A stretch of 64,000 bases of DNA, from contig JBEGVB010000024.1 in NCBI GenBank assembly GCA_041178545.1, positions 3,355 to 67,354 of the forward strand, read 5' to 3'. Each line of letters opens with the position of its first letter. The stretch's first letter is position 1. A program made the translations under genes and the position numbers. Shown in pieces: positions 38,618-47,254 of the stretch. Origin of the DNA: Planctomycetota bacterium. Its GTDB lineage: Bacteria > Planctomycetota > UBA1135 > UBA2386. The notes beneath the pieces were generated by a model. It was not told the DNA's origin. It worked only from the letters and a program-made list of their open reading frames with translations, and did no database searches.

Positions 38618-39688
38618 TCAGGTGTCGAAGGAGATGAACCACAGCAGCCGGACCTCACCGCCCTGGGGCTCGTTGCGCACCTGGAACAACCCGAGCAGCG
38701 CGTGGAAGCGCGTGGCGGCCACGTCCGTGCGCACGTTGGTGTCCGGCAGCAGCCGGTACTCGCCGCCGGCGAGGACGCCGATGCCCAGCACCCACTCGCT
38801 TGAGCTCCGCGTGGCCTCGCGCCAGTACACGAACGGCACGTGGATGCGCTTCGTGCCCTCGTCGGCCGCCGGCGTGAACGTGGCCTCGTGCTGGTCGCTG
38901 CCGCGCACGGCACCGATGCGTACGGGTGTTCCACCGACACCGTCCTGCGCGAGCCTCGGCGCGAGGTCTTCCAGCGGCGGTACCGGCTTGCCGTCGAGGC
39001 TCACGATGCGGTCGCCGCCGCGGAATCCCGCCTCCCAAGCGGGTGAACCCACCTTGACCGAGGCCACCAGCACGCCATTCGCACCTGCGCCGAACGCCGC
39101 CTCGCTCGCGTCGCGGGGCATGCCACGGAGCACGAGACCCGTGGTGGCCGTGACCTCGTGCGCGAGCGTCATGGCGACCGGCCTCGTGAAGTTGCTGGGG
39201 TACTGGAACGACCCTGCCGTGAGCGAGAGGTCGAGCGTCCCGGAGCCTCGCAGCACCTGGACGGCAACCATGGCACCGGGCCGGCAGGCCGCCTCCACCT
39301 CGCGCCAGGTGTCGAGGTAGAGGGTCTCCCTGCCGCCGACGCGCGTGACCACGTCGCCCGACTGAATGCCGGCCAGCGCGGCAGGACCGTCGGCATGGAC
39401 CGAGACGACCAGCACACCCGCGAACGGACGCTGGGCGATGCGCTGGGCACGCTCCTTGTCGAGTTCGACCACGCTGAGACCGAGGCTGCCCACCACCGTG
39501 CCCGAGGGAGCTCGCCACTGCAGCCGGCCCTCGCCGCCCGAGTGGAACTCCAGCACCTCGGGCCGGTCCCCCACCTGCACGCGGGCAAGTTCCCACGTGC
39601 GGTGGGCCTCGGCAGGATGGTGCAGGCTGCGGCACGAGGCGAGCAGCAGGATGCCGAGGAGGGCGACAAGGCGGAGCACGGAATGCAT
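38618..39688 (-). CDS. Lipoprotein with two PDZ domains
   Basis: LLLASC lipobox; V..V..DGPAALAGIQSGDVV and VKVGSPAWEAGFRGGDRI PDZ motifs. Confidence 0.75.
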   Translation of the reverse strand: MHSVLRLVALLGILLLASCRSLHHPAEAHRTWELARVQVGDRPEVLEFHSGGEGRLQWRAPSGTVVGSLGLSVVELDKERAQRIAQRPFAGVLVVSVHADGPAALAGIQSGDVVTRVGGRETLYLDTWREVEAACRPGAMVAVQVLRGSGTLDLSLTAGSFQYPSNFTRPVAMTLAHEVTATTGLVLRGMPRDASEAAFGAGANGVLVASVKVGSPAWEAGFRGGDRIVSLDGKPVPPLEDLAPRLAQDGVGGTPVRIGAVRGSDQHEATFTPAADEGTKRIHVPFVYWREATRSSSEWVLGIGVLAGGEYRLLPDTNVRTDVAATRFHALLGLFQVRNEPQGGEVRLLWFISFDT

Positions 39689-39765
39689 GGGCAGGAAGTC
39701 TTGCAGGGGAGGGGTTTGGTGCAAGTGGACGGAGACCGGGCGCGCCTGTCGCGCAGGCATGGGAC

Positions 39766-40995
39766 TCAAGCTGCCGCGGCCTGTGGCTCCCGCACGAGTC
39801 GCCAGATCACGAGCCAGGAACCCAGCTGGCAGAGCGCAGCGAGCCACAGCACCGCGCCGAAACCGCCGTCGGACGCCGTCTCCGCCCCGCCGCGGTCGAG
39901 CAGCAGGCCCGCACCGAGTGCACACAGACCGATGCCCAGCTGCTGGCTGAAGGCACGCAGCCCCATGAGGCTCGCCAGCTGCGACTGCGGGACCTGGCCG
40001 CTGGTGAGAGCCTGCAGCGGGCCCGTGCGTGCGCTCGCGCCCACGGCAACGAGCGCGCCCAGCACCAGCAGCGCTGCACCGTGGCGGACGGCAGCGAGGG
40101 CCACGAATCCCGCGACCAGGACCACTGAACTCGCCAGCACGAACCTGCGCTTGCCGATGCGGTCCGACAGCGAGCCGAACCCGTATGCGCCGAAGACGGA
40201 GGCAAGCCCGAGGCCGACCCAGAGCCACGATTGCTGGTCGCGCGGCAGCAGGCCCGAACCGTGGAGCCACGTGCCCGCGAGCTGCGCAGTGGTGAAGAAC
40301 GGACCGACGTGCAGCATCACGGCGAGCATGGCGGCGAGCACGGTGCGGTTGGTGAGCAGGCGCAGCGGCGCGACACCGGCAACGGCACCGCGGTCGCGCG
40401 GCACGGCGCGCCAGGCAAGGCCCAGGGCGAGCACGGCAACCGCACACTGCACGACGAAGATCCCCTGCCACGAACCCGATGCCGCAAGCGCGATCGCGAG
40501 CGGCAGCCCGAGCGGCACCGCGAGGAAGAGCCCGGCCGTGAATGCACCCATCGCCGCACCGCGGCGCTCGTAGGGCACCAGTTCGGCCACCATGGCAGAG
40601 GCACAGGCATAGGCGACGCCGACGGCGGCACCCGACAGGGCACGCAACGCGACCAGGATGCCAAAGCTGTCGGCAACGGTGTGCAGCAGCGAACCGACGG
40701 CAAACACCGCGAGGCCCATGAGCAACGGCGCCCGCCTGCCGTGGCGGTCCGCGTGGGGTCCGACCCAGAGCGCACCGAGCGCAGAGGCGGCTGCGGCGGC
40801 AGCGAGCAGCAGCCCGCGCCGCCATCCGTCGAGGCCGAACTCCGTGTCGACGTGGTCCAGCAGCGGACCCATCACGTTGGTGTTGAGGTTGAGCGCAAAC
40901 GCAGCGAGCGTCAAAGCCACGATGGCAGCGCGCTCACGGGCCCGCGGCAGCGGCTCGCGGGCGGCGGCTTCGTGTGCATCGGGTCCTTGTGCCAA
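39766..40995 (-). CDS. MFS transporter
   Basis: About 12 hydrophobic segments; GPHADRHGRR and GSLSDRIGKR motif A repeats. Confidence 0.9.
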   Translation of the reverse strand: MAQGPDAHEAAAREPLPRARERAAIVALTLAAFALNLNTNVMGPLLDHVDTEFGLDGWRRGLLLAAAAAASALGALWVGPHADRHGRRAPLLMGLAVFAVGSLLHTVADSFGILVALRALSGAAVGVAYACASAMVAELVPYERRGAAMGAFTAGLFLAVPLGLPLAIALAASGSWQGIFVVQCAVAVLALGLAWRAVPRDRGAVAGVAPLRLLTNRTVLAAMLAVMLHVGPFFTTAQLAGTWLHGSGLLPRDQQSWLWVGLGLASVFGAYGFGSLSDRIGKRRFVLASSVVLVAGFVALAAVRHGAALLVLGALVAVGASARTGPLQALTSGQVPQSQLASLMGLRAFSQQLGIGLCALGAGLLLDRGGAETASDGGFGAVLWLAALCQLGSWLVIWRLVREPQAAAA

Positions 40996-41100
40996 GCGGC
41001 GGCATCATGGCCGCTTGCCGGTGCGAATCCACCTGCGTGGTGGTTCGCAGCCGAAGTAGAGTCCTCGCACCGTGCACCACGCATTCGCACTGGAGGTTCG

Positions 41101-42441
41101 TTGAAGATCGCCATCCTCGGCGGCGGCATCTCGGGCACCACCCTTGCCCGGCTGCTGGCCGCAGACGGCCACGCCGTGGTCGTGCTCGAGAAGGCCTCGC
41201 GCCCGGGCGGCCTGTGCCGCAGCCGGAAGTACGGTGAGTTCACCTTCGACGAGGCCGGCGGTCACATCGTCTTCAGCAAGCGCAAGGACGTGCTGCAGTG
41301 GCAGATCGACCGCTGCGGCGGCGAGCAGGGCACCGTGCGCACGGTGCGCAACACCAAGATCCGCTGGCACGACCGCTGGGTGCCCTACCCGTTCGAGAAC
41401 GGCGTCGGCCACCTGACCAAGGAAGCCATCGTCGACTGCATGCGCGGCTACGTCGAGGCGCACGTGCAGCGGCGGCTGGGCGTGACGTGCCCGTCGAACT
41501 TCGGCGACTGGATCCAGTGGCGCATGGGCGACGGCTTCGCGCGCCACTTCATGGTCCCGTACAACGAGAAGATCTGGAAGTGCGACCTGCGCACCATGAG
41601 CTCGGGCTGGGTCGCGGGCCGCGTGCCCGAGGCGCCCATCGAGGACATCCTCAAGGCCGCTGTCGGCATCGACACCGAGGGTTACGGGCACCAGTCGACG
41701 TTCTGGTTCCCGCGCAAGGGTGGCTTCGAGGCCATGGTGCACGGCACCGTGCAGGGCGGCGGCTTCGAGCTGCGCTGCAACACGGCCGTCGAGAACGTAC
41801 GCAAGGACGGCTCGCGCTTCCTCGTCAACGGCGAGGCCTTCGACCTCGTGGTCAACACCGTGCCGCTGCCGCAGGTGACGCCCGCGTTCGAGGACGTGCC
41901 CGAGGCGGTGCGCGCCGACATCCGCGCATTGCGGCCCATCTCGCTCGTCAACGTGATGATCGGCGTCAAGGTGGACGAGCCGTTGCCGCCGCTGTCGTGG
42001 ATCTACCTGCCGTTCCCGGACCAGGGCCCCACGAACCGCGTCACCTACTTCAGCAACTACTCGCCCGACAACGCCCCCACCGGCCACGGCTCCTTCCTCG
42101 CCGAGGTCACCCACCGGGGCGAGCTGCAGCCCGACCGCGGATGGATGGACGGCGTGCTGCAGGGCCTCGAGCGGGCGGGCATCCTTCGCCGCGACCAGGT
42201 CGTGCTGTCCGAGTGGTGCAACAACGAGTACGCGTACATCCACCAGGACCTCGAGTTCGAGGCGCGCATCGGCCGCGTGCGCAACTGGTTCGACAACTCC
42301 GGGTACGTCACCTTCGGCCGCTTCGGCCGGTACGAGTACCACAACAGCGACCAGTGCATCGCGCGCGCCATGGAGGTGCACCAGCACGTGCGCGAGATCG
42401 CGCGCAGTGGCGCGCCTGCCCGCCCGAACTTCAGGGACTGA
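41101..42441 (+). CDS. FAD-dependent oxidoreductase, UDP-galactopyranose mutase / protoporphyrinogen-oxidase-like
   Basis: TTG start with GGAGG RBS; ILGGGISG, PGGLCRS, GGHIVFS, PYNEKIW, GRFGRYEYHNSDQ. Confidence 0.75.
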   Translation: MKIAILGGGISGTTLARLLAADGHAVVVLEKASRPGGLCRSRKYGEFTFDEAGGHIVFSKRKDVLQWQIDRCGGEQGTVRTVRNTKIRWHDRWVPYPFENGVGHLTKEAIVDCMRGYVEAHVQRRLGVTCPSNFGDWIQWRMGDGFARHFMVPYNEKIWKCDLRTMSSGWVAGRVPEAPIEDILKAAVGIDTEGYGHQSTFWFPRKGGFEAMVHGTVQGGGFELRCNTAVENVRKDGSRFLVNGEAFDLVVNTVPLPQVTPAFEDVPEAVRADIRALRPISLVNVMIGVKVDEPLPPLSWIYLPFPDQGPTNRVTYFSNYSPDNAPTGHGSFLAEVTHRGELQPDRGWMDGVLQGLERAGILRRDQVVLSEWCNNEYAYIHQDLEFEARIGRVRNWFDNSGYVTFGRFGRYEYHNSDQCIARAMEVHQHVREIARSGAPARPNFRD

Positions 42442-42519
42442 GTCCGCCTGCCCGGCAGGCAGCTGTGGCCGCCAGCCCCTGGCACCACTCGCGGGTGGTC
42501 CTGCCTCCGGCCTGCTGAC

Positions 42520-43599
42520 TCAATCGCCGGCCAGCATGCGCAACTGCCTGCGCGCCATCGACCACTCCCACTGGTCCGTGGCCTCGGTGGCGACGGCGCG
42601 CGCGAGCAGCACGAGCGCCGTTGCCTTGTCGTCCCTGCGCTGCGCCACGAGTCCCGCGTGCAGCAACGCGGCGCACCGGCGCGACGCCACCTCGGCAGGC
42701 TTGGTTGCCTCGGCCACGGCGCGCGCAAGCAGCGCATCCAAGCCCAGCTCACCGCGCAGGTGGGCGGCAAGGTGGCGCACCCAGGTGAGCGCAGCGGGAT
42801 CGATGCCGTCGGCATCGGTTGCCGCAGCGATCTCCTCGAGCTGTGCTGCCGCAGCCTGTGCATCACCAGCCCGGGCGTGCAGTTGGTGCAGCCACGGCCG
42901 AGCCTCGAACTGCTGGGCAGCGTCGAGCTGCAGCCCCTTCTCGAGGAAGCCGATGGCAGCCGCCTCCTCGCCCAGGCACGCCTTGAGGTAGCCAAGCTGG
43001 CACTGCGCGTCGTCGTGGCGCGGCTGGCAGTCGACCACCTTCCAGAAGTCAGGCTCGGCGCGCTCGAAGTCGAGCAATGCGGCAAACGCCTTGCCGCGGA
43101 TGAAACGCAGCCATGGATTGCCGTCGTCGATGCGCAGTGCCACGTCGAGGTCAGCGATCGCGCCGACCTGGTTGCCCAACAGGCTGCGCGTGAACCCGCG
43201 CCACTCGTAGGCCTTCTGGAACGCAGGGTCGAGTGCGATGGTGCGCGTGTACGCGGCAACGGCATCCTCCTGCCGACCGAGGTGGTGCAGGCACATGCCG
43301 CGTGCGTAGTGGGTCCACGCATCCCTCGAGCCGAGCTCGAGCGCACGGTCGAGGTCCGCCAGCGCCAGTGCGTATTGTTCTGCCCCGGTGTAGGCATGTG
43401 CGCGCCAACGCAGCGCCTCGGTGTTCTCGGGCTCTGCTGCGAGCAACAGGGTGAGCGACTCGATGGCCTGCTGCCACTTGCGCTGCAGGGCGAGTTCCGC
43501 ACCGCCTGTCTCCGTCACCACCGGGTCCTGCGCGACGAGGGCCGTGACGGGGGAGAGGGCCAGCAACAAGCCGAGGATCAGGGAACGGGTCGGGAGCAT
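42520..43599 (-). CDS. Secreted tetratricopeptide repeat protein
   Basis: Signal peptide; repeated A...RG.......A..D...AL.L.P TPR units. Confidence 0.85.
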   Translation of the reverse strand: MLPTRSLILGLLLALSPVTALVAQDPVVTETGGAELALQRKWQQAIESLTLLLAAEPENTEALRWRAHAYTGAEQYALALADLDRALELGSRDAWTHYARGMCLHHLGRQEDAVAAYTRTIALDPAFQKAYEWRGFTRSLLGNQVGAIADLDVALRIDDGNPWLRFIRGKAFAALLDFERAEPDFWKVVDCQPRHDDAQCQLGYLKACLGEEAAAIGFLEKGLQLDAAQQFEARPWLHQLHARAGDAQAAAAQLEEIAAATDADGIDPAALTWVRHLAAHLRGELGLDALLARAVAEATKPAEVASRRCAALLHAGLVAQRRDDKATALVLLARAVATEATDQWEWSMARRQLRMLAGD

Positions 43600-43676
43600 G
43601 GGTCCCCTAGCCTCGCGCGACGCGGCGGCAACGGAAGCCCCTTCGGACGGATTCGTGCTGCGGCTACCCTGACTGC

Positions 43677-44534
43677 ATGCGCAGCGCCTGCCTTGCCCTG
43701 TTGTCCGCGCTCGTTGCTGCGTGCGGCACGCACCGCGGGGCGCCGACCGCCGCAGACCCGGAGCTCCTCGTGGTCGTGAGCGCCAACATCCGCTACGGCA
43801 CAGCACGCGACGGTGCCGACAGCTGGCCCGCCCGCCGGGACGCGCTGGCAGACCTCCTCTTGGCCCAGCAGCCGACAGTCCTCGGCGTGCAGGAGGCCCT
43901 CGACTTCCAGGTGGCGTTCCTCGAGGAGCGGCTGCCCGGACACCAGCGGCTCGGCGGCGGCCGCGATGCGGACCGCGGCGGCGAGCACGCGTGCCTGTTC
44001 GTCGACCGCGCACGCCTCGAGGTGCTCGACCACGGCGACTTCTGGCTCAGCACCACGCCCGGGGTGGCGGGCTCGGTCGGTTGGGACGCCGCGCTGCCGC
44101 GCATCTGCACGTGGGCGCAGCTGCGCGACCGCGCCAGCGGACGCTCGTTCTGGGTGTGGAACACCCACTTCGACCACCGCGGCCCGGAAGCGCGCAGACA
44201 GTCGGCGCTGCTGCTGGCCACCAGGATGGCGACCACGGCTGGCCCCCACCTCGTCCTCGGCGACTTCAATGCCGGCGAGTCCTCGCCGCCGCTGCAGGCC
44301 CTGCGTGCCGCGGGCCTGCGGGACACCTACCGCGAGTTGCAGCCCGAGGGCCCTGCAGGGACCTTCCACGCGTTCCGCGGCGGGCTCGGCGGCGAGAAGA
44401 TCGACGCCGTGCTGGCCTGCAAGGGGTTCGTCACGGTGCAGGCCGGCATCCTCTCGGACCCGATGGAGACCGGCCGGTACGTGAGTGACCACCACCCGGT
44501 GGTGGCGGCGGTTCGGCTCGCAAGAGACCCGTGA
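43677..44534 (+). CDS. Endonuclease/exonuclease/phosphatase family lipoprotein
   Basis: LVAAC lipobox; SANIRY, GVQEA, NTHFDH, LGDFN, KID, SDHHPV. Confidence 0.9.
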   Translation: MRSACLALLSALVAACGTHRGAPTAADPELLVVVSANIRYGTARDGADSWPARRDALADLLLAQQPTVLGVQEALDFQVAFLEERLPGHQRLGGGRDADRGGEHACLFVDRARLEVLDHGDFWLSTTPGVAGSVGWDAALPRICTWAQLRDRASGRSFWVWNTHFDHRGPEARRQSALLLATRMATTAGPHLVLGDFNAGESSPPLQALRAAGLRDTYRELQPEGPAGTFHAFRGGLGGEKIDAVLACKGFVTVQAGILSDPMETGRYVSDHHPVVAAVRLARDP

Positions 44535-44813
44535 CCGGGCGCGGGGCCTGCCCACTCGTGCGTACGGTGGACCGGCTGAAACCCCTGTGCCGCAAGGCAC
44601 TAGGTCGACCCGTGAACGAGGATCCCGCCACGGACCCGACCGGAAACACCCACTGCGGTGGGGTCGCAGTGCTGCCCTGACCGCGCCGTCCCCGTCGGTC
44701 GGTTACCGCCCACGGGAAGCCTGCTCGCACGGATTTGCAGGTTCGCACGGAACCTGTCACCACCCCCCGTGCGTCCTTGGGTTGTCGCGGAGCCATGCAC
44801 TCCGCACAGCTCT

Positions 44814-44978
44814 TTCCTGTTCCCGAGACAAACACTGTCGGCGGTCTCCGGACGCCGAGAAGGCACCGCGAATCAGAGGGGTCTGTTCCAGGGTGCATTG
44901 CCCGGGTGCCGGTCGCGCAGTCAGCGAGCTGCGTGACGTCTCGCACCGCCGACAGCCCATGCGTCTCGGGAACAGGGA
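44814..44978 (+). ncRNA. Candidate structured RNA: ~165-nt rod with side hairpin (6S-like architecture, unassigned)
   Basis: Nested helices 44816-44829/44963-44976 (14 bp perfect), 44835-44845/44945-44955 (11 bp perfect), 44862-44867/44905-44910, and hairpin 44912-44937. G-U pairs favour the + strand. Confidence 0.45.
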
Positions 44979-45011
44979 TCCTATCCCGCTGCGGACAGCA
45001 CCGCAGCGCCA

Positions 45012-45046
45012 CGGAGCACACCCTCACCGGTGTGCTCCGGTCTTTT
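45012..45046 (+). terminator. Terminator-like hairpin upstream of the DGQHR gene
   Basis: CGGAGCACACC-ctcacc-GGTGTGCTCCG 11-bp perfect stem followed by gTCTTTT. Confidence 0.45.
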
Positions 45047-45139
45047 CGGGAGGCGTTCTCCGGGCCCAGGTGGCCCTGCTTGCATCCCTGCATGCGTGGC
45101 CGAAACTGCAGGTCCCAACCCTGCCAAGGAGGTCTGCCC

Positions 45140-46279
45140 GTGTTCGCCCAGCGCATGCGCCAGAAGGAGTCGGAGTTCTACTTCGTCAGCTACCCGGCCG
45201 AGGACCTGCTGCGAAAGGTCCGCTTCGTGACCCGCTTCTACGGGGAACGCGGCCAGACGATCGGCGGTGAGGAGCCGAAGCCGAAGGGCAAGGCCTCCGA
45301 GCCCGACGACGTCGAGCGCTACGTGCAAGCCATCGAGAAGAACAGCAAGTCGTTCCAGCGCGACCTGAACCGGCGAAAGATCCGCCAGATCAAGGACTTC
45401 TACCGCAACGAGTCGCGCCAGCCGGTGATCCCCGGCGCGGTGCTGCTGTTCACGCCGGAGAAGCTCGAGTTCCAGCCGCTCAAGGGGATGGAGCGCGCCG
45501 GCAACCTGGTCGAACCGCGCAGCGACTTCCTCATCATCGACGGGCAGCACCGGCTGGCCGGCCTGCACTTCTACCTGCAGGAGAAGGACGCCGACCGTCG
45601 CATCGAGGTGCCGGTGGTGGTCTTCGACGGCAAGACCAGCGACTTCGCGACGGAGATGTTCGTCGTGATCAACAGCACCCACACGCGCATCAATCGCTCG
45701 CACCTCATCGACCTCTACGAGCGCATCGAGTGGGGCACCGACCCGGAGAAGAAGTACGCGGCCTCACTGGTGCGCGCGTGCTACGAGGAGGACGACAGCC
45801 CCCTGCAGTACCACATCAACATGCTGGGCGGCCGCAGCCACCAGGAGATGTGGATCAACCAGGCGCAGATCTTCGGCGAGTTGCTGCGCCTGATCTCGCG
45901 CAAGGACGCACAGCACCGCTTCAAGGACGGTCGCGGCTGGAGCAAGGACCGCGGTTACGGCCTGGTCCGCGACGTGCTCAAGGCGTTGCGCACGACCTTC
46001 GGCACGGCATGGGGAGACAACAAGAGCCACATGGTGACGCGCGACGTCACCATCGAGGCGATGCTGCGACTTTGCGGCGACGTGGCGGCGAAGGTCGACC
46101 CGACGGTCGCGCCCGGGCCCGAGCTCGCAAAGATGCTCGAGAGCCGCTTCCGACCGGTGGCGGAACTGGTGCACGAGTTCCGGCGCGAGGGCTTCTACGA
46201 GCGATTCCCGGCCCGCGGCCAGATGGAGCGCATCGAGATGATCCGCAAGCGGCTGGCGCGACAGGCCAGGCTGGAGTGA
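45140..46279 (+). CDS. DGQHR domain protein (DndB/ParB-like superfamily)
   Basis: AAGGAGG RBS before GTG 45140; FQRDLN, IIDGQHRLAG and FVVIN motifs. Confidence 0.9.
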   Translation: MFAQRMRQKESEFYFVSYPAEDLLRKVRFVTRFYGERGQTIGGEEPKPKGKASEPDDVERYVQAIEKNSKSFQRDLNRRKIRQIKDFYRNESRQPVIPGAVLLFTPEKLEFQPLKGMERAGNLVEPRSDFLIIDGQHRLAGLHFYLQEKDADRRIEVPVVVFDGKTSDFATEMFVVINSTHTRINRSHLIDLYERIEWGTDPEKKYAASLVRACYEEDDSPLQYHINMLGGRSHQEMWINQAQIFGELLRLISRKDAQHRFKDGRGWSKDRGYGLVRDVLKALRTTFGTAWGDNKSHMVTRDVTIEAMLRLCGDVAAKVDPTVAPGPELAKMLESRFRPVAELVHEFRREGFYERFPARGQMERIEMIRKRLARQARLE

Positions 46280-46303
46280 GGTCGCTGCACGAACGCGGCA
46301 GCG

Positions 46304-47209
46304 TCACTTGCCAGTGGTTGCCGGCTCGACCTTCTTGACCGGCTCCACGGGTTCTGGCCTCGGCGTGTCGCGGAAGAACTCGACGATGAGCGCACCCCAG
46401 GTCGGCAGGAAGCGGTGGCCGCCCTCGTGCACGAGGGTGACCACGTCGGCACCCTTGGAGGAACGCTGGATCGTGCACCCCTCGTGGGCCTTCCAGGCCT
46501 CGGGGGCGCTGCACTCACCGCGCTTCACGAGTTCGGCGACGGTGAGCGCCTGCCACGCGTACTTCACCAGCGGGTCGGTGCGCCCCGAGAGGTGGAACAC
46601 CGGACGCGGCACCAGGGTTGCGCCACGCAGCGACTTGTTGAAGGCTGCGCCCGAGGGCGCGAACGAGGCAAAGACGTCCCCGCGCGCGGCCCACAGCAGG
46701 TAGGTGAAGCCGCCGCCGTTGCTGTGGCCGGTCGCGTGGACACGCCGAGGGTCGACGCGGTACTGCTGCTTCAGGTCGGCCAGCACGGCATCGAAGAATG
46801 CGAGGTCCCGGTCGCCCTGGTCCCCCATTTCCTTCTGCCAACCGGTGCGCTTGCCCTCGGGGTCGGTGATCTGGCCCGGGGTGTTGAGCCCCTGCGGGTA
46901 CACCACCAGGGCCTCGGGCCAGTGCTCGTGGATGCGGAAGGTGCGCGCGGCGTTGCGCATGCTGCCGCCATGCCCGTGGAAGACGAACACGAGGGGCACG
47001 GGTGCGTCCTTTGCCTTGGGCGGGACGTGCACGAGCGCCATGCGCTCGACGTCCCCCACCTTCCACGTGCGCTGTTCCTCCAGCGCGTCCTTGGCATCAT
47101 CCTCCGACTCGGTCGCAGGAGCGGTGGACGGTGCCACCGCCGGTTCGGAAACGGGCGGGTCCTGGGGCACCAGGACCGCGAGGAAGCCGGCAAGGAGCAG
47201 GGCTGTCAT
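46304..47209 (-). CDS. Secreted alpha/beta hydrolase (PHB depolymerase/LpqC-like esterase)
   Basis: FVFHGHGG, VVYPQG, TGHSNGG nucleophile motif, GRTDPLV, HEGGH. Confidence 0.85.
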   Translation of the reverse strand: MTALLLAGFLAVLVPQDPPVSEPAVAPSTAPATESEDDAKDALEEQRTWKVGDVERMALVHVPPKAKDAPVPLVFVFHGHGGSMRNAARTFRIHEHWPEALVVYPQGLNTPGQITDPEGKRTGWQKEMGDQGDRDLAFFDAVLADLKQQYRVDPRRVHATGHSNGGGFTYLLWAARGDVFASFAPSGAAFNKSLRGATLVPRPVFHLSGRTDPLVKYAWQALTVAELVKRGECSAPEAWKAHEGCTIQRSSKGADVVTLVHEGGHRFLPTWGALIVEFFRDTPRPEPVEPVKKVEPATTGK

Positions 47210-47254
47210 GGCACCAAGGTAACGCACCGGGCCCCGTGCCCCCACCGCAGCCGG

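Noticed and set aside
44535-45139. RNase P RNA, tmRNA, SRP RNA or group II intron identity for the structured intergenic region
   Set aside because: The hallmark motifs (GAGGAAAGUCC, tRNA-like ends with CCA, SRP domain IV loop, intron domain V) were not found on either strand by eye.
45140-46279. Complete DNA phosphorothioation (dnd) system
   Set aside because: No dndA/C/D/E, ssp or dpd genes in the window.
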